A stretch of DNA of 64,000 bases from Candidatus Nomurabacteria bacterium. Its GTDB lineage: Bacteria; Patescibacteriota; Minisyncoccia; Phycocordibacterales; CAIZLB01. The stretch spans positions 27,783 to 91,782 of the forward strand of contig CALRFG010000002.1 in the NCBI GenBank assembly GCA_943356525.1, written 5' to 3'. Shown piece by piece: positions 28,962-38,954 of the stretch; the first letter of the stretch is position 1, and the number at the start of each line of letters is the position of its first letter. The translations under genes were made by a program, and so were the position numbers. The notes beneath the pieces are model-generated. The model saw nothing but the letters and a program-made list of their open reading frames with translations. It did not search any database and was not told where the DNA came from.

Positions 28962-29156
28962 TTATGCAATGTTAACTAGGAATCTTCTTTTATCTTTGTT
29001 AGACATGTGAAAATCTACCATTCTCTTCTTTGCAATTCTTTGTCGACCTGTGTTTTTTGCGTTGAAGTGGTTTTGACCTGTAACTCTCGCTTTTATTTTT
29101 CCATTTTTACTAACCTTTAAACGTTTAGAAAATGATTTATTTGATTTTATAGCCAT
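28962..29156 (-). CDS. rpmI: 50S ribosomal protein L35
   Basis: small basic protein, operon context. Confidence 0.8.
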   Translation of the reverse strand: MAIKSNKSFSKRLKVSKNGKIKARVTGQNHFNAKNTGRQRIAKKRMVDFHMSNKDKRRFLVNIA

Positions 29157-29259
29157 CTTTTTATTTTTATTGTTTTAAAAATTATTAATAATTCGATTTA
29201 TTAATAATGGTCTCGAGGCGGGGAATATACATTCCGATCTTTTAGTGCCTTGTCGACAA

Positions 29260-29841
29260 TTATTTTTTCTTCTCTATAACTATAACAGGACCTTTGGGAC
29301 CACGTTTGATCGCCACTGATACTTTATAGTCTACAGATATCAGGTTAAGAAATTTTTGTAGTCTAGCGTTTAGGAACTCTTCCGGTAAAAACTTTGATCT
29401 ACCTGATACAAAGAGTTCGGCTTTAACCTGATGTCCTTCGTCAAGCCATTCTGAGGCTCTTCGGGCTTTCATGTTTAAGTCATTCTCTCCTGTACCAATC
29501 TTAACTTGAATACTCTTGATTTCAACAGTTTTAACAGTAGCACGGGATGCTTTCTGTTTTTTGTTTTCGTCATATTGAAATTTACCATAATCCATGATTT
29601 TTGCAATAGGGGGAATGGCAGTTGCTGATATCTCAATAAGATCCAGTCCAGCCTCTTTTGCCATCCTTTGAGCTTCTTCATTGGATATTATTCCTATATT
29701 GTTGCCATCTTGGTCTATAACCCTGAGTTCACGAGCCTTTATATAATGATTAATGTTAATTCTGTTACTGTTATGCTGAGCCAAGTTGTTTATGTTTATT
29801 TTTTGGTTTAAAGTTTTTTGTTTAATTTTGTTAAATATCAT
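29260..29841 (-). CDS. infC: translation initiation factor IF-3
   Basis: family similarity; infC-rpmI-rplT operon. Confidence 0.9.
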   Translation of the reverse strand: MIFNKIKQKTLNQKININNLAQHNSNRININHYIKARELRVIDQDGNNIGIISNEEAQRMAKEAGLDLIEISATAIPPIAKIMDYGKFQYDENKKQKASRATVKTVEIKSIQVKIGTGENDLNMKARRASEWLDEGHQVKAELFVSGRSKFLPEEFLNARLQKFLNLISVDYKVSVAIKRGPKGPVIVIEKKK

Positions 29842-29915
29842 TATAACACATATAATAAAAGCTACAATAGATAATACCTGTTTCCAACATAGGTTTTATA
29901 AGGTAAAATGTTTAG

Positions 29916-31163
29916 ATGAATATAAGAGAAAATAAATCAATCAAGGCAATCATAACACTTCTTATATTTTCATTCGGTTTTTTCCTTGGAAATATAGGTT
30001 CATCTTATACACAAAGTAAAGATAGTACTGTAGATATAAAAACTTTTTGGAAAGTATGGGACATACTAGATAGTGAGTTTGTAACAACAAAACACAAAGA
30101 TAAACTAGGACAAGAGATATCATCAACATCAACCTCGGAGTATGATGGTTTATCAGTAGAAGATAGACGTATATATGGTGCTATAAAAGGAATGGTAGAT
30201 TCTGAAGAAGACCCATATACAACTTTCTTTACACCCCAAGAGGCAAAGAGTTTTGAAACTGAGATAAAAGGAAGTTTTGAAGGTATAGGTATGGAGGTTG
30301 GTAAAAAAGATGATGTCATAACTGTTATAGCCCCATTGCCAGGAAGTCCTTCTGAGAAAGCTGGTATAAAAACAGGCGATAAGATCATCAAGATAAACGA
30401 TAAAATAACCATAGATATGAATATTGATGAGGCTGTAAAACTTATTAGAGGTCCTAAAGGTACATCTGTTGTTATACAAGTTTACAGAGAAGGTGTAGAC
30501 AAGCCAATTGATTTTAAAATAATAAGAGACATTATTCAACTTCCAACTCTTGATAAGTTTTATGATGTAAAAACTGGTATATATACTATAAAAGTGTATT
30601 CATTTTCAGAGCAAGTTGATACACTTTTCAAAACAGCTATAAAAGAATTTGCCCTGAGTAAGTCTAACAAGCTCATTATTGATCTTCGTGGTAATCCAGG
30701 AGGGTACCTAGAGTCAGCTGTGGATATGTCTAGTTATTTTATACCAAGTGGAAAAGTGGTGGTTAGTCAGGATTACGGTGAAAAGAAAAAGATAGAGCAG
30801 ATGAGAAGTTTAGGTTATGATTTATTGAAAAATAAAAATGCAAAGATTGCCCTACTTGTTGACGGTGGTTCAGCCTCAGCATCAGAAATAGTGGCTGGAG
30901 CATTGCAAGACTATAAAGTTGCCACAGTTATAGGTGAAAAGACTTTCGGTAAAGGTTCTGTACAGGAGTATATAAAGTTGACAGCTAAAACAGGCCTTAA
31001 AGTAACTACTGCTCGCTGGTTAACCCCAAAAGGTAACTCTATATCAGTTTCAGGCTTAGCTCCAGACATAGAGGTAAAAAAAGCAACATCTACGACAATG
31101 GAGCAGATAACAAATAGAACAGATAACCAATACTTGAAAGCAGTTGAATTCTTAAATAAATAG
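29916..31163 (+). CDS. ctpA: carboxyl-terminal processing protease (S41) with PDZ domain
   Basis: PDZ region; DGGSASASE catalytic Ser motif. Confidence 0.85.
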   Translation: MNIRENKSIKAIITLLIFSFGFFLGNIGSSYTQSKDSTVDIKTFWKVWDILDSEFVTTKHKDKLGQEISSTSTSEYDGLSVEDRRIYGAIKGMVDSEEDPYTTFFTPQEAKSFETEIKGSFEGIGMEVGKKDDVITVIAPLPGSPSEKAGIKTGDKIIKINDKITIDMNIDEAVKLIRGPKGTSVVIQVYREGVDKPIDFKIIRDIIQLPTLDKFYDVKTGIYTIKVYSFSEQVDTLFKTAIKEFALSKSNKLIIDLRGNPGGYLESAVDMSSYFIPSGKVVVSQDYGEKKKIEQMRSLGYDLLKNKNAKIALLVDGGSASASEIVAGALQDYKVATVIGEKTFGKGSVQEYIKLTAKTGLKVTTARWLTPKGNSISVSGLAPDIEVKKATSTTMEQITNRTDNQYLKAVEFLNK

Positions 31164-31181
31164 TGTATACTCAATAATTAT

Positions 31182-31607
31182 ATGAAAATAGTTTTACTTA
31201 AAGATATACATGGTTTGGGCAAAAAATACGATACTGTAACAGTAGCTGATGGTTTTGCATTGAACAATCTTATACCAAAAAAACAAGCTGAGTTTGCAAC
31301 TGATGGTGTTGTTGCTAGGTATGCAAAATTGAAAGAAGCTGAAGGTGAACATGTTAAAATGAAAGAAGAAGAAGTTATTAAAAATCTAGACTCTATTACT
31401 TCAAAAGTTTATGAGATCAATGCAAAGGCTAATGAGCAAGGACATTTGTTCGCCGCATTGCACAAAGAACAACTTGCTGATGTTTTAAATATAGATGCAA
31501 ACTTTATAGTTATGGATAAAAACATAAAAGAAGTTGGTGAACATGAAGTTACTCTAAAAGTTAGAGATATAGAGAAAGTGGTTAAGGTTATGGTTATCGC
31601 AGAATAA
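31182..31607 (+). CDS. rplI: 50S ribosomal protein L9
   Basis: family similarity. Confidence 0.85.
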   Translation: MKIVLLKDIHGLGKKYDTVTVADGFALNNLIPKKQAEFATDGVVARYAKLKEAEGEHVKMKEEEVIKNLDSITSKVYEINAKANEQGHLFAALHKEQLADVLNIDANFIVMDKNIKEVGEHEVTLKVRDIEKVVKVMVIAE

Positions 31608-31668
31608 TGTTTTAATTTTTTTATGATATAATAAAGTCATTAAAAAATAATCAATTAAATAAATAAAT

Positions 31669-32724
31669 ATGACAAAAATATTACTGATAATTATTATCAT
31701 AATTATATTTGCTGGTGGAGGTTGGTATTATAAAAATAATATGAAAACACCTTCGGAAGGTACGCCTGTTGGATATGAATCAGGAAAAGGTGATAAAAAA
31801 GGTGATAAGGAGGATAGGTATAATAATAAGTTTGATAATAAATCGTTTGCGGTTACTTTTCCAAAAGGTGGAGCAATATTAGATGTTGGTCAAAAAATAA
31901 ATACAACTTGGAATACCGGTAAGAGTTTTAATTTAAAGTTAACATACCCTGTAATTCTTGTTAATGTTACAGATAAAACAAAAAAACCTATCCTATTGGG
32001 AACTGCTAAAAATTCTTTGTTTAATAAAGTGTTTACATGGACTGTGCCACAAGATATAACTCCAGGGAATTCTTATAAATTAGTATTTGTTGGTAAACAA
32101 GGTGGTGAAAGTCAGTCTTTTATAATAACTACACCTGAGGGTGTGGCTGCTACTTCTACAACCCCTACTACACCGGTAAATAACCCAGGTCCTGCTGTAT
32201 TTTCAAAAGTATCTTCAACTATAACAACTATAAAAAATAACAATGTTGATACAGGTGTTAGTGCTTCTTTTCGTTTGAATGTTCAGGCCAATAAGTCTGA
32301 TATATACGCTAATGGTGATTTTGGTATAAGCGCTACTATTGTGTTAACAGATATTGCTACAGGTAAAACATTTACACCATATTTAGTCGGAGGTGTTACG
32401 GATTCAGGTTTGGTATATTTTCCTGACGGTGCTGTAAAACCTTTGACTTTTAATGTAGTATTTCCCGCATCTATATTTCCATCAGGTGGAAGTAATGTTA
32501 AGGCTTCTATATATAGTATAACGTACAAAACTGTGGGTACAACAGTGTCTTCTTCAACCTCATACTCATCACTTAATTTTAGTTCTTATGACACAGGTGT
32601 TACTTCTATAATGGGTACAGGTACATCTACATCTACATCTACAATTGTCTCATTCACTAGGAATCTTATTATAGGAGATACAGGTGCAGATGCTACAGCG
32701 TTACAGAAAATTTTACTTGCATAA
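31669..32724 (+). CDS. N-terminally anchored Thr/Ser-rich surface protein; C-terminal peptidoglycan-binding-like domain interrupted by in-frame TAA
   Basis: MTKILLIIII anchor; ...ADATALQKILLA-TAA-GFSNIEPTGYFGAMIRARLNAEL continues in frame to 32820. Confidence 0.55.
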   Translation: MTKILLIIIIIIIFAGGGWYYKNNMKTPSEGTPVGYESGKGDKKGDKEDRYNNKFDNKSFAVTFPKGGAILDVGQKINTTWNTGKSFNLKLTYPVILVNVTDKTKKPILLGTAKNSLFNKVFTWTVPQDITPGNSYKLVFVGKQGGESQSFIITTPEGVAATSTTPTTPVNNPGPAVFSKVSSTITTIKNNNVDTGVSASFRLNVQANKSDIYANGDFGISATIVLTDIATGKTFTPYLVGGVTDSGLVYFPDGAVKPLTFNVVFPASIFPSGGSNVKASIYSITYKTVGTTVSSSTSYSSLNFSSYDTGVTSIMGTGTSTSTSTIVSFTRNLIIGDTGADATALQKILLA

Positions 32725-32869
32725 GGCTTTAGTAATATAGAACCGACTGGATATTTTGGAGCCATGATTAGGGCTAGATTAAATGCTGAATTAGCAACAT
32801 CTCCAACAGTTTCAAGCTAGACTTACTCTCATAAAAAAACCTAGACCTCAACCCTCTAGGTTTTTTGTT

Positions 32870-33124
32870 TTGAAAAAATGGTATAATAAACATATGAAAA
32901 TAATCGCATATTTAAAAACAGGTTGTCCGTGGTGTATTGAAATGAAAAAATTTTTTGAAGACAATCACATAGACTTTATAGAAAAAAATGTAACTGAAAA
33001 TACAGAATATATGGATGAAATGATAGAATTATCGGGACAATTTAAAGCCCCTACTGTTGTTATAGATGATGTTGTATATGCTGATACAGATGCCGAGGCT
33101 ATAAAGAAAGTTTTGGAACTTTAG
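32870..33124 (+). CDS. glutaredoxin-like thioredoxin-fold protein (CPWC)
   Basis: GCPWC active site. Confidence 0.6.
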   Translation: MKKWYNKHMKIIAYLKTGCPWCIEMKKFFEDNHIDFIEKNVTENTEYMDEMIELSGQFKAPTVVIDDVVYADTDAEAIKKVLEL

Positions 33125-33157
33125 AATTTCTTTATCAATTCTTTTGTTTTTCTTGAT

Positions 33158-33850
33158 GTGTGTTTTGGTAGAATGATAAGAATGAAAAAACAACAAATAA
33201 CAAAAAAAGAAAATGAATCAGATTTAAATCTAGGTATGGTAAGAGAAAAGATATATATTATTCGAGGTAAAAAAGTCATGCTTGATAAAGATTTGGCCAT
33301 GCTTTATGGTGTTACGACTAAAGCTTTAAATCAGGCGGTCAAGAGAAATACTAAAAGATTTCCTGAGGATTTTATGTTTCAGCTGAGTAAGAAAGAGTCA
33401 GAGCTGTTTTTAAACTTGAGGTCGCAAATTGCGACCTCAAATGAGAACGAAAATATAGATCTGCGGTCACAATTTGTGACCGCAAATAAAAAAACCATGA
33501 AAAATAAAGGTGAAAAATCAATCCTAAGGTCACAATTTGTGACCTTAGGATGGGGAGATTATACAAAATACAATCCTTACGTTTTCACTGAACAAGGTAT
33601 AGCTATGCTTTCAAGTGTACTCAAAAGCGATAGAGCTATATCGGTAAATATTCAAATAATACGCATATTTACAAAACTTCGAGAAATGATAGATACATAT
33701 AAAGAACTTAGGGAAAAAGTAGAAGAAATGGAAAAGTCTAACACTAAAACATTTCATCAAATATTTGATATTATAAAATCCATAATAAAAGAAAATAATA
33801 AACCCGAAAAACCTAGAGGACAGATTGGGTTTACTGTGCCTCCTGATTAA
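33158..33850 (+). CDS. ORF6N-domain (phage antirepressor-like) protein with internal in-frame palindromic repeats
   Basis: IRGKKVMLDKDLAMLYGVTTKALNQAVKRNTKRFPEDFMFQL and YVFTEQGIAMLSSVLKS match ORF6N. Confidence 0.65.
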   Translation: MCFGRMIRMKKQQITKKENESDLNLGMVREKIYIIRGKKVMLDKDLAMLYGVTTKALNQAVKRNTKRFPEDFMFQLSKKESELFLNLRSQIATSNENENIDLRSQFVTANKKTMKNKGEKSILRSQFVTLGWGDYTKYNPYVFTEQGIAMLSSVLKSDRAISVNIQIIRIFTKLREMIDTYKELREKVEEMEKSNTKTFHQIFDIIKSIIKENNKPEKPRGQIGFTVPPD

Positions 33851-33865
33851 GGTATAAATAAATCA

Positions 33866-35095
33866 ATGCAAAATCGCCCAATCACATTTTCCATAAAAAC
33901 TCGATCTACAAAATCACATGCAAGAGTTGGAACCATAGAAACCCCACATGGTGTTATACAAACTCCTGCATTTATTCCTGTAGGCACAAAGGCAACTGTA
34001 AAAGGTATAACTCCAGAGATGGTAAAAGATTTGGGTGCTGATTCGATGTTGGCCAATACATATCATTTATACCTTCAACCAGGAGATGAGATTATAAAAG
34101 CACATGGAGGTTTAGGAAAGTTCATGAATTATGACGGCCCTACTTGGACTGACTCAGGTGGTTTTCAAGCTTTTTCTTTAGGTGTTGCGTTAGGTAAAAA
34201 TATAACTAAGTTCACATCAAGTGCACGTCCTGGATACGATGAGATATCTCTAAAAGGCTCAGGGCACAAAGTAGAATCAGAAAACGCTTTATTACCAGCA
34301 AAGGTTGATGAAGATGGTGTCATGTTTCGTTCTATTATAGATGGATCAGCGCATTATTTTACACCAAAGAAATCTATCGAGATACAGCAAAATATTGGAG
34401 CAGATATTATTTTTGCTTTTGATGAATGTACTTCACCACATGAGCCAGTTGAATATCAAAAGAGATCATTGGATAGAACACATAGATGGGCACTCGAATC
34501 TTTAAAAACTCATGTTGAAAATACGGAAGCATTTTCTAAGCAGGCTTTGTTTGGAATCATACAGGGAGGTAGGCACGAAGATTTACGAAAAGAATCAGCC
34601 AAGTTTATTTCAGAACTTTCATACAATGGTATTGAATTTGATGGTTTTGGTATAGGTGGATCTTTTGCAAAAGAAGATATGATTACAGCTGTCCATTGGG
34701 TAAACTCTATACTACCTGAAAATAAACCAAGACATCTACTAGGTATAGGTGAGCCATCTGACATCATCAAAGGAGTTATGGAGGGATGTGATACTTTTGA
34801 CTGTGTTATGCCAACAAGAAATGCTAGAACTGGAACAGTGTTTGTAAATGACAGTGCTGATACATTTTCATATGTAAATCTAAATCTAAAAAATGCAAAA
34901 TATAAAGATGATCTCGGTCCTATAGAGTGGGGTTGTGAATGTTATACATGTAAACGATATACAAGAGCATATATGAATCATTTGTATAAAGCAGGGGAAA
35001 TGTTGGCTGGGACACTGGCCACAATACATAACCTGCACTTCATGGCGAAGTTTATGGAGAAGGTGAGGGGGGAGATTGTTGCAGGAAACCTGTAA
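33866..35095 (+). CDS. tgt: queuine tRNA-ribosyltransferase
   Basis: family similarity; CxCxxC...H zinc site. Confidence 0.9.
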   Translation: MQNRPITFSIKTRSTKSHARVGTIETPHGVIQTPAFIPVGTKATVKGITPEMVKDLGADSMLANTYHLYLQPGDEIIKAHGGLGKFMNYDGPTWTDSGGFQAFSLGVALGKNITKFTSSARPGYDEISLKGSGHKVESENALLPAKVDEDGVMFRSIIDGSAHYFTPKKSIEIQQNIGADIIFAFDECTSPHEPVEYQKRSLDRTHRWALESLKTHVENTEAFSKQALFGIIQGGRHEDLRKESAKFISELSYNGIEFDGFGIGGSFAKEDMITAVHWVNSILPENKPRHLLGIGEPSDIIKGVMEGCDTFDCVMPTRNARTGTVFVNDSADTFSYVNLNLKNAKYKDDLGPIEWGCECYTCKRYTRAYMNHLYKAGEMLAGTLATIHNLHFMAKFMEKVRGEIVAGNL

Positions 35096-35615
35096 TAATT
35101 ATGATAAAATAAGATACATGTCAAATCATTTCCAAGGAACACGAAATAACCCATATCATATATCAATCGGAGCTCTAGTTTTAAATAATGAAGGTCTTGT
35201 GGCTTGTCATTATTTTGAAAGTCTTAATCATAAAAGTGGGGTTATATTTAAAGATTTTGTCTTGTTGATGAGGGAGACTATTGAGGAAAATGAAAGCACA
35301 GAGGAATGTTTACATAGGGGACTAATGGAAGAGTTTGGTATGGAGGCTGAGTTAAAATCATATATAGGGTCTATAGTATCTCATTTCAAAGTACCAAATA
35401 CAGAAGTTAACGTTGAAAAAACTACATTATATTTTTTGTGTAATTTTATTTCTCAAGATGATACACTCAGGTCACAAGAAGACATAGAAAGAGAAAGCAA
35501 GATAAAGTGGTTTGATGTAAAAGAACTGGTTGTTAGAATGAAAGAACAGGGTAAAAGATTAGGAAGGGAGGATATGGATGAGTCGAGTATTATTGAAAAT
35601 TTGATGAAAAGGTAA
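35076..35615 (+). CDS. NUDIX-family hydrolase (likely start ~35120)
   Basis: degenerate Nudix box ...RGLMEEFGM. Confidence 0.5.
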   Translation: MLQETCNNYDKIRYMSNHFQGTRNNPYHISIGALVLNNEGLVACHYFESLNHKSGVIFKDFVLLMRETIEENESTEECLHRGLMEEFGMEAELKSYIGSIVSHFKVPNTEVNVEKTTLYFLCNFISQDDTLRSQEDIERESKIKWFDVKELVVRMKEQGKRLGREDMDESSIIENLMKR

Positions 35616-35618
35616 GTA

Positions 35619-38600
35619 TTACAAAACACGCACAACCTCAACAATGATACTTTTCTTATCATCACGTACTGAAATTTTTCCTGAAACTGTCACCACACTA
35701 TCATTTGCAACTTTATGTCTCAGTTCTTCATATTGTTTTGGAAATACTACACATTCTATTTCACCTGAGTTATCTTTAAGTTTAAAGAATATCATTTTTT
35801 TTGTTGCATCTTTTTTTGTTGCAATCTCTTTTACACTTTCTATAAGTCCTAGTATTTTGTCATAACTTTTACCATCTCTTTTTCCTTCTTTGTTAACTGT
35901 GCCTTCTTCACCATGCTCAAGTAACCAGGCAATGTTTATTTCTTTCTTTTCCCATATATGTTGATATTTATCCAGTGGATGCCCTGACAAGTATATACCT
36001 AATAATTCTTTTTCCCATAAAAGTCTTTGTGCAAGAGACTCGGGTCTTTGTTCTACTTTATCAGCAAGTACTTCAACCTTAGTTGCACCAAATAACATAT
36101 CAAACATATTTCCTTGAGATTTATCTTGCTTAGTTGTTGTTTTATTATAATCAAGATAGCGATCCAAGTTTTCCAAAAGATCTATACGATCGCCAAAGTC
36201 ATCCAAAGCACCTGATTTTATCAAAGCCTCGAGTGATTTTTTATTTAGATTTTTATCGGTTATACGCTCAAGCATATTTTCTATACTTGTAAATATACCA
36301 TTGTCTTTTCTTTCTTGAATAATACTATCTGATATTCCTTCACCAAGATTTTTGATACTATACAAGCCAAAACCGATAGCATCTTTTTCATCAAGATATT
36401 TTTTCAAAACAGTAAAGTTACCAAAACTATTATTCACATTTGGTGCTAAAACTTCTATACCCATACGCGTACATTCACGAACAGAAACAGAAACCGCATC
36501 AGTATCACCTGACTCTGAAGTTAGAACTGATGCCGTGTATTCTGTTGGATAATTGGCTTTAAGATACGCTGTTATATATGCTACACGACCATAAGATACT
36601 GAGTGAGATTTATTGAAACCATAAGCCGCGAAAGGTTCTATCCATTTCCACACATCAATTGCTTTTTGTTTTGACCAACCACCATGCGACACGCAGCCGT
36701 CTATGAACTTTTCTTTTTGCTTCGCCATTTCCTCAGGGATTTTCTTACCTACAGCCTTACGGAACTTGTCCACTTCTCCCCATGAATAACCCGCAATCTT
36801 ATGGGCCATCATCAGAAGGTCATCTTGATAAACTAAAACACCATAAGTTTTTTCTAGAATATCCTCAAGCATCGGATCCATGTAAGTGATCAAAGATGGA
36901 TTATGTTTACGCTCTATATATAGCGGTATGAATTGTATAGGACCAGGACGATATAGGGCTACCATAGCGTTTATATCGTGTATCGTTGTTGGTTTAAGGT
37001 CAACAAGATATTTTGTCATACCTTCACCGTTCAATTGGAAAAGATCTATAGTCTCACCACGTGCTAACATCTCAAATGTTTTCTTATCGTCCACAGCCAT
37101 ATTATCTATATCAATCTCTGTATTATATAAATACCGAATAAGCTTTTTACACTCAGCGATAATCTTTAAGTTTTTTAATCCAAGGAAGTCAAACTTTAAA
37201 AGACCAGCTTCTTCAACGGAGTACATATCATATTGACTGATAATTTTATTTTCACCTTTTGTATCGTATTGAAGAGGTGTAAAGTCAGTCAACTCTGTTG
37301 GGGAAATAACTACACCAGCAGCATGCACTGAGATGTGACGTGCACAACCTTCAACTTTTTGCGCCATGTCTATAACTGTTTTTACATCTGCATCTTTTTC
37401 ATAAAGTTCTCGGAGATCATCTGTGATCTCAAGAGCATGTTTTATAGTCATAGGAAAACCTTGTGAACCCATAGGAATAAGTTTTGAAATACGGTCACCA
37501 AGTTCATAAGGATAACCAAGAGCACGTGCTACATCTTTTACAGATCCACGAGCGGCCATAGTACCAAAAGTTCCGATCTGGGCTACTTTATCTTTTCCGT
37601 ATTTGAAACGCGCATAGTCAACCATCTCAGCTCTTCTGTCGTCAGCGTAGTCCATATCGATATCTGGTGCTGAAGGACGCTCTGGGTTTAGGAAACGTTC
37701 GAAAGGAATCTGATATTCTATAGGGTTTATATGTGTTATACCAGAAAGATAAGTAACCATAGAACCACAAACAGATCCTCTGATGTTAGATAAGATCTCA
37801 TGCTCTTTTGCGTATCGGAGTAAGTCAGCCACTATCAAAAAGTACGGTGAATAACCTTTGTTTTTAATAACATCTAGCTCGTACTCAACTCTTTTTATTG
37901 TAACCTCGTCTTTCTCAACATTTCTTTTAGCAAATCCTTCATACACAACTTCGCGTAAACATTCGTCAGCATTTTTTCCTTCAGGCAATTCCATTTTTGG
38001 GAACACCCACTTTCCAAGCTCTATCTCAAAATTACATTGATCAGCTATAACCTGAGTATTAGCTATGGCTTTTTTGTAAATCTCATTTTTTTCAGAATTT
38101 TCCACATCAGAAAATAATTCATTAGCACGTTCAGGTGAAATAAAAGAAAAATCACCATCATCACTTATATTTCTATCAGGATTATTATTTTGTATAGAAA
38201 GCATAGTTAAACGAGCTTTTTTATCTTCAGGTTCTATGTAGAGAACATTATTTGTGGCAACCATCTCGATAGAATGTCTTTTTGAAAATTCAATAATCTT
38301 TGCCTCCATCTCTGTAGATCCAATTATGTCTTCTTGTTTTATTAATTCAAAATAAATATTTTCTGCACCATATGCAGTTTTAAAATTATTGTAAATTTTA
38401 TCAGCAACATCAAAGTCATTAATTTTTAAATTATTTGAAATCTCACTGTTGTCAAAGGGAATAATACAAATCAAATCTTTATTATATTTTTGTATCAATT
38501 CATTATCAAGTCTCGGTCTATAATAAAAACCCTCAAGGTTAGAATCGGTAACTAGTTTTATAAGATTCATGTATCCAGCATAGTTTTTTGCAAGCAACAA

Positions 38601-38864
38601 TAGTCTTGTTGTTTTTGCATCGAGTCGACCTTCACGGTCATGACGTGTACGACTAGCTACATAGAAATCAACCCCGATAATAGGTTTTATTTCTTTCTTT
38701 AAACATTCTTGATAAAACTCTATGGTCCCATACATATTACCATTATCGGTCAAAGCTAGGGCTTTCATACCGTATTGTTTAGCTTTATTTACAAGATCAG
38801 GCAGTTTAGGTACAGCTTGAAGTAGACTGTAGTTACTGTGTACATGTAGATGAGTAAAAGCCAT
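35619..38864 (-). CDS. dnaE: DNA polymerase III alpha subunit
   Basis: PHP domain HVHSNYS; polymerase core. Confidence 0.92.
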   Translation of the reverse strand: MAFTHLHVHSNYSLLQAVPKLPDLVNKAKQYGMKALALTDNGNMYGTIEFYQECLKKEIKPIIGVDFYVASRTRHDREGRLDAKTTRLLLLAKNYAGYMNLIKLVTDSNLEGFYYRPRLDNELIQKYNKDLICIIPFDNSEISNNLKINDFDVADKIYNNFKTAYGAENIYFELIKQEDIIGSTEMEAKIIEFSKRHSIEMVATNNVLYIEPEDKKARLTMLSIQNNNPDRNISDDGDFSFISPERANELFSDVENSEKNEIYKKAIANTQVIADQCNFEIELGKWVFPKMELPEGKNADECLREVVYEGFAKRNVEKDEVTIKRVEYELDVIKNKGYSPYFLIVADLLRYAKEHEILSNIRGSVCGSMVTYLSGITHINPIEYQIPFERFLNPERPSAPDIDMDYADDRRAEMVDYARFKYGKDKVAQIGTFGTMAARGSVKDVARALGYPYELGDRISKLIPMGSQGFPMTIKHALEITDDLRELYEKDADVKTVIDMAQKVEGCARHISVHAAGVVISPTELTDFTPLQYDTKGENKIISQYDMYSVEEAGLLKFDFLGLKNLKIIAECKKLIRYLYNTEIDIDNMAVDDKKTFEMLARGETIDLFQLNGEGMTKYLVDLKPTTIHDINAMVALYRPGPIQFIPLYIERKHNPSLITYMDPMLEDILEKTYGVLVYQDDLLMMAHKIAGYSWGEVDKFRKAVGKKIPEEMAKQKEKFIDGCVSHGGWSKQKAIDVWKWIEPFAAYGFNKSHSVSYGRVAYITAYLKANYPTEYTASVLTSESGDTDAVSVSVRECTRMGIEVLAPNVNNSFGNFTVLKKYLDEKDAIGFGLYSIKNLGEGISDSIIQERKDNGIFTSIENMLERITDKNLNKKSLEALIKSGALDDFGDRIDLLENLDRYLDYNKTTTKQDKSQGNMFDMLFGATKVEVLADKVEQRPESLAQRLLWEKELLGIYLSGHPLDKYQHIWEKKEINIAWLLEHGEEGTVNKEGKRDGKSYDKILGLIESVKEIATKKDATKKMIFFKLKDNSGEIECVVFPKQYEELRHKVANDSVVTVSGKISVRDDKKSIIVEVVRVL

Positions 38865-38954
38865 GAGTACTATTATAGCCTAAATAATTTAATTATATAG
38901 GTTGAATTATGGGGGATTAGGTGGTGGGTTTGATAAATATTTAGTTTAAATTGT

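Noticed and set aside
33372-33566. 64-aa minus-strand ORF inside ORF6N gene
   Set aside because: Artefact of the three palindromes, which encode the same LRSQxVT peptide on both strands.
35644-38040. Short + strand ORFs inside dnaE
   Set aside because: Antisense to a conserved essential gene.
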